The notes below the pieces were generated by a model. It was given only the letters and a program-made list of their open reading frames with translations. It was not told where the DNA came from and did not search any database. 57,914 bases of DNA. Source: Octopus bimaculoides. Its lineage: Eukaryota. This document shows, one piece after another, positions 14,727 through 25,805 of this stretch. The position numbers were made by a program, and so were the translations under genes. The DNA is taken from assembly GCF_001194135.2 (NCBI RefSeq), contig NC_068986.1, forward strand, positions 47,288,916 to 47,346,829, read 5' to 3'. Numbering within the stretch: the stretch's first letter is position 1; each line of letters starts with the position of its first letter.

Positions 14727-15082
14727 ATCATCATCATCATTTAATGTCTATTTTCTATGCTGTCATGGGTTGAATGGTTTGAGTGGAACTGACAAGCTGC
14801 AGGACTGCATCAAGCTCCAGTGTTGGTTTTGGCATGATTTCTACAACTGGATATCATTCATAATACCAACCACTTTGCTATGTCTACAATTCGCTTTCTT
14901 TGTGGCACTTGCACCTGTGAGGGTCACCGAGTAACTTGAAAAATAAAAGAACACACACCTTTGCCTAAGTGGGAATGTATTTAAAAGAAGGGGAAGTGAC
15001 TTTATGCAAGGTGTTGATAAGCTAAAGTTTGATGGAGGGACAAGTACAGGTGTCTTGCTAAAGAGAAAATACATGGCTACCG
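14727..15082 (-). mobile_element. Older SINE family B relative
   Basis: (ATC)n followed by tttaatgtc.attttc.atgct..catgggttg and tttctac..ctgga. Similar older copies lie at ~3681-3990 (-), 6527-6738 (+) and 20257-20417 (+). Confidence 0.65.
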
Positions 15083-15410
15083 GGCATTATATCAGTGAGT
15101 AGCTGGAAAGAATATATATATATATATATATAAAATATAATATACCTCCAGGTGCTACTGTCTTTGAAGACTCATATTGCCGTTTGAATGCTAAAGGTCA
15201 GGAGTAGATAGACAGCCGAAAACTGATGAAGGGTCCTTTTCCTGCGTTAATTTGTCCTGTTTTCCATTTTTTTCTCTTTGTCTATGTATTTCCCTCATTT
15301 TCCCCCTATTGGTTCATGTTTTTCACTCGTTTTTGTCCTGTAATTACTGTCCACATCTTGTATCTATCTCTCATGTGTATGCTATTTGCACCATTGGTAA
15401 TGTCCTGTAC

Positions 15411-15446
<36 letters not shown>

Positions 15447-15447
<1 letters not shown>

Positions 15448-15555
15448 ATGATCGAGAAGGTGAATGACAATGACCTTTTTTGTGCACAGTTCATGACAGA
15501 CCATGCCTTTCTTTTGCTGGGCTCAAATCTCATTTACGAGCCCATGGAAAACGAA
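15447..15555 (+). mobile_element. RTE-type LINE terminal zinc-finger remnant
   Basis: Reads FLCTVHDRPCLSFAGLKSHLRAH, matching the C..C.R.C.S..GL.SH.R.H motif with one Cys lost. It runs into an N gap. Confidence 0.55.
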
Positions 15556-15921
15556 NNNNNNNNNNNNNNNNNNNNNNNNNNNNNNNNNNNNNNNNNNNNN
15601 NNNNNNNNNNNNNNNNNNNNNNNNNNNNNNNNNNNNNNNNNNNNNNNNNNNNNNNNNNNNNNNNNNNNNNNNNNNNNNNNNNNNNNNNNNNNNNNNNNNN
15701 NNNNNNNNNNNNNNNNNNNNNNNNNNNNNNNNNNNNNNNNNNNNNNNNNNNNNNNNNNNNNNNNNNNNNNNNNNNNNNNNNNNNNNNNNNNNNNNNNNNN
15801 NNNNNNNNNNNNNNNNNNNNNNNNNNNNNNNNNNNNNNNNNNNNNNNNNNNNNNNNNNNNNNNNNNNNNNNNNNNNNNNNNNNNNNNNNNNNNNNNNNNN
15901 NNNNNNNNNNNNNNNNNNNNN

Positions 15922-15957
<36 letters not shown>

Positions 15958-16289
15958 CAACAGAGATTGAAAAAATTAGTGCCAGGCTTAAAAAAGAAAA
16001 AAATTCTGAATGTATAGTATAGTCAGAAGAAATATCATGTAACAATTTTCAATGCTCTGACAATTTTGTCAGCTCACTGCCTCCATCCCCCTATATTATA
16101 ATAATATGACCACTGCTTCAATCAAGGGGTCTGATATGAGCATATATCACACCTTTCACGAGTGCTTTTTAGATACCTAAGTTGTTACAAACTGATGCAG
16201 TCACCTCCTTGACCTCTCACCTTCACCCAAAGGTGTGTCCAAGATGTGACAGGAGCAGGAAGATGAGATTGCACCTTAGATCTTGATTA

Positions 16290-16950
16290 TCTTTTATGTA
16301 TTTAAATCATTTGACTGTAGCCATATTGAAAGGTTAGTTGAACAGATTGTCCCCAGTACATATTTTTAAGTTCGGTATATACTCTATTGGTCTCCTTGCT
16401 GAACTGCTAAGTTACAATGATATAAACAAATCAACAATTGTAGGCAGGGCCAGATTAAGAACCATAGAGTCCCTAAGCACTTAAAAGGTTTTGGTACCCT
16501 CAAGTATATGTAAATAGTTCAAAATGTAAGCAAAAATATTCAAAATGTAAATGATAATAAACCATAAAATAAATTTTTATCTTTCAAAATAAAAATTCAC
16601 AGTAGGATGAAAAATAATGTTTATCTTTGTATGTTTCCATTTTATTAATATTTGAAAAGTTTCCTCCTTCGTTTTTTTTTTTTAATTGCAAAATGTTCGA
16701 TGATGTTGTTAAAATTGATTTTACGTAAATCTTCTGCTTCTATACTTATTTGAGATAAAGCATTACGAATATCATTTTAGCAAGTTTAAAGTAATTTCTT
16801 TCATGCCGTAAACCATTATCATTTCTGTGGTGCCCCTGTCCCTAGATGCCCTAAGCACGTTCTTATTTTGCTTAAAGGGTTAATCCAGCACTGACTGGAG
16901 GGAAAAGAGACAAACTTAGACATAAAGACACAAACACACGTGCATGTGTA
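16290..16950 (-). mobile_element. Old SINE family A 3' part interrupted by a hAT MITE
   Basis: Family A motifs (catttgactg, ctattggtctc..gctgaac.gctaagtta, gacaaac) lie on both sides of the MITE. Confidence 0.65.
16445..16893. mobile_element. hAT-type MITE inserted in a SINE
   Basis: Termini CAGGGCCCAGATTAA / TTAATCCAGCACTG. The 8-bp flanks attgtagg / actggagg match 6/8, consistent with a decayed hAT target duplication. Confidence 0.7.
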
Positions 16951-16954
16951 TGTA

Positions 16955-17173
16955 TTCCTTTATTCTTTTACTGTGGCCATGCTGGAGAGCTGCTTTAAAG
17001 GGTTTTTAGTCAGAGAAATCAACTTCAGGACTTATTGCTTGTAATCCTAATATTTATTCTATCAGTCTTACTGAACCGCTAAGTTACAGGGATGTAAACC
17101 CACCAACATCAGTTGACAAACGATAGTAGGGGGACAAACACAGACACAAAAACACACACACACACACACATAA

Positions 17174-17239
<66 letters not shown>

Positions 17240-17398
17240 TAGGCTTTTTTCATTTTTGGGCTATCAAATCCTCTCACAAGGCTTTGGTCATCCCAAGGCT
17301 ATAGTAGAAGACACTTGCCCAAGGTGCCACACAGTGGGACTGAACCCAACACCATGTGGCTGGAAAGCAAGCTGCTTACCACACAGTCTTGCCTGTGC
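16955..17398 (-). mobile_element. SINE family A
   Basis: Colinear with 2612-3008, with a long internal (CA)n. Confidence 0.85.
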
Positions 17399-17650
17399 CT
17401 ATAAGGATAATAAAATGTATATGAATATAAATTCAGCAACTCAAAGCTGGTGTGTGGTGCAGAAATGAATGTAATCTTCTATTAAAGCTTGTTATCCTCT
17501 ATCTTCGTATCATATTATTCTAATACTGATCTCATGCAAAGAGGAGTTCCACATGTGTGTTCAACCCTGGAGTATTACCCTACTGTAGGATAACATGTGG
17601 TAGCCAAACAAGAAAAACATAAGAGCTCTTAAATGCACATTACATGGTTT

Positions 17651-17696
<46 letters not shown>

Positions 17697-18439
17697 TGTA
17701 TGCATGTATATACATATGGGGAGAGAGAGAGGGAGAGAGAGAGCGAGAACAAGCTTGCCTCCACACAGTTTCTATATACCAAATTCTCTCACAAAGTATT
17801 GGTCAGCTGAGACCATAGTAAAAGACACTTCCTTGATACTTTATTTTATAGATTCAGGAAGAATGAATGGTAGAACTATCCTGGTAAGAGTTGAACTCAA
17901 AGCCTAAACCAGAGGGACACATATTCTTCGGCATTTTGTCAGGCACTTTAATGTTTCTTCCAGCTCACTACCATTAGACACACACACACACACAAAGTGG
18001 ATTTGTGCATGAGAAAAGTGAAAGAGAAGTGGGGAGAGGGGAGAAAGAGTTGGGGTGAGAAAGAGAGAAAGATTTTCTTCTGAGGATTATAGAACATTTT
18101 TCCACAAATCTTTTCTGGCAGTATGTCTAAAGGAAGGCTGGTTTTAAAAGATTACATTCAATATTTCATCAAAGGTACCACCTAGGAGTAGATCTGTCCA
18201 ATTACTTGGCTCCCACTGTTGTACATTCTTCTGTCTAATGTCAAAAAATTTAAAGATGGAATCAATCTGATATTTACTTTCTTATCTTCATTTTCAGTTT
18301 GATCTTGCCCATTACCTACACCTGCACACACACACACACATACATACATACACACACACACACGTAAAAACATAGGTAGATAAATATGTTAATATATTTT
18401 GCTATATATGCAATATACACTTATTCACAAGTTCACATG

Positions 18440-18492
18440 CAGATACAGACACACACGTGTATGCATGACACCTATCCACCTAATTACCTGCC

Positions 18493-18588
<96 letters not shown>

Positions 18589-18850
18589 AGTCCAATACGA
18601 ACTTACATATCTGCATGCATACATGCATAAATACATATATACATGCATAAACATATACATACAAAATACACACATGCATACATGAATACATATATAAATA
18701 TATACACACATATATAAATATATATATAAACATAAATACATACATAAATATATACATACATAAATGCATACATACATACACATACATACATACATACATC
18801 TATAAATACATACATAGATATGTACATAAATAAGTACATATATACATAAA
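18440..18850. repeat. Compound microsatellite / low-complexity tract ((TG)n, ATAC-type)
   Basis: Seen directly; source of several spurious ORFs. Confidence 0.95.
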
Positions 18851-19489
18851 ATGATGGCTAAACTGGTCATAGCTGGCTAGTTCACAAACCCAGCTTTATT
18901 TTTAGCCTAAACTTGCACATCCCATCTCCATACACATACTCACACGTGAATGCATACTTTCATGTGCATACACACACACACACACACACACACTCGCTCA
19001 CAAACACATATAGGACTGCAATAAATTGTGGGTATAGCAATGATAGTGGTGGAGGTGGTAGCGTGGCTGACTGTTTAGCTGGCACTATGGTGTTAGTGAG
19101 GGAGGCAGGATTGCAATGGCAGTGTGTTCAAGTGATGATACCCATCATGACACAGCCCATAGACCAAACCACTGCTGCCTGCCTACTGGCCTGCATGCCT
19201 GCCTTGTCTGTTTGGCTGTCTTATGCCTCTTAAAGGGGTTCTAGTGTTGTAAAACAAAAGACAGTCTGATATGCAACTGTCCCCGTTTTAGTGTTTCCCT
19301 CTATGTAACATGGCAATAACAAAAATAACAATAACATTGCTGTTTTTGTTGTGGTTGTCCAATGTTTGTAATTCAAGTTGAAGATTCAAAATTTGTAGCT
19401 TTGTCTTGAATTTACTTGAGAATATGGTCATGAAGAGGACTGTGGATGATGCCATGGTGAAGTTTATTGTGGTCAAGTTTATCTATTAT

Positions 19490-19742
19490 TCTTATCTTTT
19501 ATTTGTTTCAGACTGGAGCCATGCTGGAGCACCGCCTTGAAGGATTTAGTCAAATGAATTAACTCCAATACAATATTATACTTTTTTTTTTTAAGTTTGG
19601 CAGTTATTCTATCAATCTCTTTTGCCAACCCACTAAGTTATGGGGACATGATAAACAAACCAGCACCAGATGTCAAGTGGCAGTGGAGGACAAATACAAA
19701 CACCAAGACATACATGCACACACATATAATTATATATATATA

Positions 19743-19788
<46 letters not shown>

Positions 19789-19952
19789 AACACACACATG
19801 ACAGGCTTCTTTTAGTTTCTGTTTATCAAATCCACTCACATGGCTTTGGTTGGCCAAAGGCTATAATAGAAGACACTTGCTCAAAGTGCCAAGTAGTGGA
19901 ACTGAACCCATACCATGTCATTGAGAAGCAAGCTTCTTACAACACAGCCACT
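19490..19952 (-). mobile_element. SINE family A
   Basis: Colinear with 2612-3008. Confidence 0.82.
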
Positions 19953-21524
19953 TCTAAAAACAGTAGAAGTAAATATTTCTTCTTCATTAACCCTTTAATG
20001 CAAAATTACAAAATTCATGGTTATTCCAGTGATGGAGTTAAATAACTACCAAAAAAATAGAATTGGTAATTTCTACAAGTCATGTTGCTTCACTAAACAT
20101 GACATATGTCAACAAAAAGTAGTTTCAAACGTGACATTCCTCAACATAGGACAGACTGGAATTAACTGCTTTTGGTGGTTAAGGGTAATGTAAGTTTCAG
20201 TGGATATATTTGATTTCTTTCATAAAAAGGTTAAGAAAAAAATATAGAATAACAATTAGGCTTTAGGAGGGGCATCTAGCCATAAAAACTATGCCAAAAC
20301 AGACAGTGAAACCTATTGCAGCCCTCTGGCTTGTCAGCTCCTGTCAAACCATCTAACCCATGCCAGCATGGAAAGCAGATGTTAACTGATGATGATGATG
20401 ATAATGATGACAATGATGAATTATGTAACTACAAATACAAAAAAACATGGATTATTAAAATTTATTTTAATTTACCAGTAATTCTATCTTTCAAGTGGTA
20501 AACCTTTAAAAATTTACCTTTCTATTTTGTTTCAAATTTTGTTGATGTGTCACCTCATTTTAATCATAAATCATCTTTAAATCATAAGTAATTTTGAATC
20601 ATAACCATCCCATCTTATTGTGTATGATGGACTCCTGTGCAGGTGGTACGTAANNNNNNNNNNNNNNNNNNNNNNNNNNNNNNNNNNNNNNNNNNNNNNN
20701 NNNNNNNNNNNNNNNNNNNNNNNNNNNNNNNNNNNNNNNNNNNNNNNNNNNNNNNNNNNNNNNNNNNNNNNNNNNNNNNNNNNNNNNNNNNNNNNNNNNN
20801 NNNNNNNNNNNNNNNNNNNNNNNNNNNNNNNNNNNNNNNNNNNNNNNNNNNNNNNNNNNNNNNNNNNNNNNNNNNNNNNNNNNNNNNNNNNNNNNNNNNN
20901 NNNNNNNNTATATATATATAATTACTTTATGCAAGGTGTCTTCCCTTTTTTAAGAATGTAGCATGAGATTTAAGGTAAATTTCACTGCTATTTTGGGAAT
21001 GTGGAGGCCTGTATGTTGGTTGATTTTTCTTCTTCTATGATTATTTTATGGCAAAACATATGAGAACAAGCTGAGAATATCTGGAAGCTATTTCAACTGT
21101 ATTAACAGAATTTAATCTGCAATTTAGATATTTATAATCAGGTCCAGCAGAGAAAATTATTTAGCAAGCATTAGTGGAATAACTAGTATTTTCATTATCA
21201 AGTTTATAGTAATTGGATGGGCAGTGAGTTGGTCAATTCATTACAGTGTCAGACAAAATATCATGCAGTATTTCTTCTGACACTTAACATACTGAGTTCA
21301 AATTCTGCCTTCCCACTTTTTGAGGGTAATAAAATAAACTACCAGTCAAATATTGATGTTAATGCTATTCCTCAGACTTTAAGCTTTGCACCTATACTAG
21401 AAACAATATTGAGCATGGATTGGCAGAAACGTTTGAGTGATAGACAAAAGCCTTGAAGTTTCTTTTCTCCCCCCCCCAGCTCATTTTATTCTGAATTCAA
21501 CTCTCACTATGGTCAGCTTTGCTT

Positions 21525-21752
21525 TTGACTCATTAACATTTAAACCAGCTATATTCAGTCAAAATATTCAACTTGTTTTGTGCTGAAACCAACCAGATTT
21601 GGCCTGTCATACCTACCCTACAATATCATTCTAAAGGTATACAATCACATTACTGAAATCTCAAAACTATGAGTTAATGCATGATTAATTCAAAGCAATG
21701 GGACTACATTAGCATTACATTTGACAGAGTAATCTGAATGTTAAAGGATTAA
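21525..21752. mobile_element. Older piggyBac-type MITE
   Basis: The right end is atgttaaaggaTTAA and the left end is a degenerate ttgactcattaacattt, about 225 bp in total. Confidence 0.45.
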
Positions 21753-22169
21753 TCCATCTGGAGTCAATAAAATAATGCACTAGTCATGTACTGGGGTTAA
21801 TTTAATTGACTAATCCCCTCTTTCTAAATCTCAGCCTTCTACCAGTATTGAAAATAATTAAGTTAGTATTTGGAACATAGCATAGTAAAAATGGTCTTGC
21901 ATAACGTTACGTCTTAACAAGTTCAAATGAGTGATTTTTGTGTGAGAATTAGAATTAATCTTAGGTGAGTTGGTATCAGAAGAGTTAATACATTTGATGA
22001 TCAGTTTAAACATCTGTAAATCAATGCTTGCATAAAAAACAAAAAAACATGAATGGGAAAATTATTGTTGTTTAACATGAGATCATCTTGATTCATTGGA
22101 TTTATTTTTCAATATTTTTGTTTATCTAGCACACCAGGCAAAATACTTTGAAGAATTTCATTGTCTTTA

Positions 22170-22392
22170 AGGTAGTGAACTGGCAGAATCATTAGCACAC
22201 CAAGCAAAATGCTTAGTGGCATTTTATCTGTCTTTACATTATGAGTTCAAATTATGCTGAAGTCAACTTTGCCTTTCATCCTTTTGGAATCAATAAAATA
22301 AGTATCAATTGAACACTGGAGTTGACGTAATTGATTTAACCCCTCACCTAAAATTGCTGGCCTTGTGTCAGAATTTGAAACCAATATTTTTG
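22170..22392 (+). mobile_element. SINE family C
   Basis: Reads ggtagtgaactggcagaatc...gagttcaaatt...gcctttcatccttttgg. Other copies lie at ~9375-9577 (-), 26880-27115 (+), 31268-31425 (+), 44960-45140 (-) and 46300-46497 (+). Confidence 0.8.
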
Positions 22393-22619
22393 CATATCTT
22401 GGACTACATTATTTAATGTGTTCTCTCCTTTTCAAGATGACAAGTTGCAGTTTATTGGAGAGCTGGCTGCTATTTCCAAGGAATGCTGCATTGAAGCTTC
22501 TTTGTAGCATCATGGGTACAATGTATTTTCAAAAGATTATGACTTGTTTGTTAAAAAAAAAAAGAGAAATCAGACAAGATAAAACTTCTCTCTTTGTGTA
22601 AAAAAAAAAAAGCACACTG

Positions 22620-22875
22620 TTTTAAACATGTATAACACGTGTTACTACATGGTAATGAGTCATGGGTATTGAATGCGGAAGACCTATAGAGGATGAAGAG
22701 AAATGAGGTAAGTATGATCTGTATGACATTCAATGCTAGCCTTCAAAAAATGCAGAGCACAAGTGAGACGAGAGAGTAAGTGTACATCAAAGACATCAAC
22801 TGTAATGTTCAGAAAAGAAAGAGTACACTGGTATGGATACATGATGTAAATGGATGATAAATGCCAGGTGTAAAA
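22620..22875 (+). mobile_element. RTE-clade LINE remnant (C-terminal RT region)
   Basis: Reads LLHGNESWVLNAEDL*RMKRNEVSMI...RVHWYGYMM, similar to the RTE LLYGSETW...E..MLRW...RLRW.GHV.RM motifs. Confidence 0.7.
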
Positions 22876-25014
22876 ACACCATATGCTGACCTTGTGCCTA
22901 AATCAAAAACCACAACCACCATCTTATGATCATGACTGCAACACCCTAACCATTAGGCTATACACCTTCTGACCTACCCCTCTTCACAAAATTACTGGCC
23001 TTGTACCAAAATTTGGAAGCATTATTATTATGATTATTATGATTATTATTATTATTATTATTATTATTATTGTTATTAATCTGTTATTATTGTTGTTATT
23101 GCTGTTGTTGTTGTTGCTACTATCTGTACTTAACCAGGGCTCACCTGGGGCTAAACAACAAGAACAATATTTTCAAAATATAAACTCCTGTGACCTTTCA
23201 CCTGCCTGAATTACATAGACAATCCCTTCTCATAGTCACCAACATAGATGAAGATAGCCAATGATTGGTCCACATTGGAAGTCAGAAACCAATGTCACTG
23301 TTTTTTGCAAAATGCAATATAAAATAAATATTCAATTCTTCAATAAAAGATCAAAATTAAATTGCAATTAATATAGTTTTGTATTGACAAAAAGACTAAC
23401 CAATATCTCATGAAATGATTAGATAGTTTAAAATTAGTGATATATGTAGCTTTTTACGAGGTGCATTAACATAACTCTAATATTGTTTAAAATTAAACTG
23501 TGACTCTTGCATACAACATCACCACTATGTTCTCAAACTGTTGCAGTTACTTGTGTTTAATCTAAACTTCAATATCCTACTAAGTTGTTTACAGCAAAAA
23601 TGGACTTTTTAAAGTGGAAATGCAAACAAAAGAACAAAACAAAACATAAAAGATTTCCTCTGAAAAAAAAACAAAAACACCCAAAATCTGCAAAGCATTC
23701 TTCTTGAATAGAAGTTGTGAATTGTTATTCTTTTTATTGCCTTTGCATTAGTTATTTTTCATTAGTTATTATTGAAAATAAATGCTTCATAAAATGGATC
23801 AGGTACAGAATCACAGTTTTCAGAAGCCATTACTGGCAAATTTTACAAGAGATTAAAGCTTAAATGGATGTAACAAGCTTTTGTAGATTGTTATCACTAG
23901 TGTTTTCCGGTTATAAGAACAGAGCTTCCCCCACCCCCCTCTCTCTCTATCTATTTCTCCCTCTTTTTTTCTTTATCTGTCCATAGCTCTCAGTTAAGGA
24001 GAGTTGCTGTAATGACAAGGGATATGCCTTGTACTTTCCTTTTTATATTTTAAAATATGTATAGATGATTATTATTATGAACAAGATCAGTTCTTAAAAT
24101 GTAAAAATGTATTACCAAAAATGATATTTAAATGATAAAAGCACTTTTAAAATATTTTAATGTTTGATAGATGTAGTAATTTGTTTATTTAGGTAAATTT
24201 TGAAAGCTTCTGAAAACTGGGAAAAAAAAATTAGTAAAGAGCTTTGACTGTGACTAAATTATTGATCAATTGTCAATACAGAAGATATTTGAGATAAAAA
24301 AAAACAACCAAAATAGTTGCTAGAAACGGCAGGCATGTAAGTATTTGTTAGTGCAACTTCAGACAAGTTTGTACGTATCATTTGATGAATACAGGAGTCA
24401 TACATGAGCTACTTCAAGTTTCATGCTTAAATAGTGCAGTAATCATGTGAGCTTGTACAGTGTATTGTGAATGATCTAGCATATAATGCCGAAACCTAGA
24501 CATTATATGCTGAATTGGCTGTGTAATTCCTTCTATTTCCAGCTATTTGTCCTGTCAATCCTCTTCTACTGTTTCAATGACTTTTGGGATATTTCTGACT
24601 GCAGATAGTATTCATTTTTTTACTATGTACAACAGTTTTTCAAACCCAATATCACAGTACTGATGATGAGGTAAAGAGGTAAAGGTATTTAAATAAACCT
24701 TTACCTCTTTTTAGGGCAGTGTGCATAGTGCATTGTGAACAGCTTCTTAGTTCTTCTAGTCCTTGTAGCTTTTTTCTTTGTCCATTTTAAAAAAAGAAGC
24801 AGTGTATCTTAACACCAACATGGCCCATGTTTCAAGCATTTCTCTAATCCTTCTTTAGTGTTGTTTGGAGACATTCATTCTCATTACTGTTTTCATTGTT
24901 CTATCAACCTGCTGCACCCTTAGGTACATGTCTATCTCACTGCATCAGGGCATTTCATTATTACCATCATCATCATCGTCGTCATCATTATTATTATTAT
25001 TATTATCATTATTA

Positions 25015-25805
25015 TCTTTTACTTATTTGAGTTATTGGACTGCAATAATGCTGGGGCACTACTTTGAAGTGTTTGGTCAAACAAAACCCCAGAAATTATT
25101 TTATTTAAAGTCTGGAACTTATTCTATCAGACTCTTTTGCCAAACTGCTAAGTTACAAGGATGTAAAGAACCCAACACTGATTGTTAAGTGATGGGGAAC
25201 AAACACAAAGGCACCACACACACAAACACACACACAAACACACACACATACACACACACACACATGTATGATGTGCTTTCACATTGTTTCTATCTACCAA
25301 ATTTGCTCACAAGGCATCAGTCAGCTAGTGTCTATACTAAAAGTCGCTTACCCTGGGTGTGTTGTACTGAATGTAGTGGAGGCGCAATGGCCCAGTGGTT
25401 AGGGCAGCGGACTTTCTGTCATAGCATCACAGTTTCGATTCCCAGACCGGGCGTTGTGAGTGTTTATTAAGCGAAAACACCTTAAAAGCTCCACGAGGCT
25501 CCGGCAGGGGGTGGTGGCGAACCCTGCTGTACTCTTTCACCACAACTTTCTCTCACTCTTACCTCCTGTTTCTGTTGTGCCTGTAATTCAAAGGGTCAGC
25601 CTTGTCACACTGTGTCACGCTGAATATCCCAGAGAACTACGTTAAGGGTACACATGTCTGTGGAGTGCTCAGCCACTTGCACGAGTAGGCTGTTCCATTG
25701 ATTGGATCAACTGGAACCCTCGACGTTGTAAGCGATGGAGTGCCAACAACAACAACGTTGTACTGAATGTGAAGCGATGTGGTTGCAAAGCAAGATTTTT
25801 AACCA
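25015..25805 (-). mobile_element. SINE family A interrupted in its tRNA head by SINE family D
   Basis: The family A body spans 25015-25374 and resumes after the TSD (gaagcgatgtggttgcaaagcaag). Confidence 0.75.
25375..25756 (+). mobile_element. Full-length tRNA-derived SINE (family D, (AAC)n tail) with 14-bp TSD
   Basis: A box TGGCCCAGTGG (25388), B-box-like GTTTCGATTCC (25432), AAC tail, and TSD gttgtactgaatgt at 25361-25374 and 25757-25770. Confidence 0.92.

Noticed and set aside
15233-15260. CTGATGA motifs at 15233, 48730, 27119, 24660 and 37092 as hammerhead ribozymes
   Set aside because: They lack a correctly placed stem II closure plus GAAA and a cleavage triplet; several are simply (GAT)n starts.
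19988-20187. Possible piggyBac MITE (TTAACCCTTT...AAGGGTAAT)
   Set aside because: TIR similarity is limited to about 5 bp and the right TTAA is absent.
22438-22527. Exon-like segment (MTSCSLLESW... or DKLQFIGELAA...)
   Set aside because: The donor is weak and the central motif ggctgctatttc resembles family E repeat sequence.
25375-25450. tRNA-like sequence with A and B boxes
   Set aside because: It is the head of a SINE with body, tail and TSD, and no full cloverleaf is evident, so it is not a tRNA gene. The same applies to the family A and C heads.
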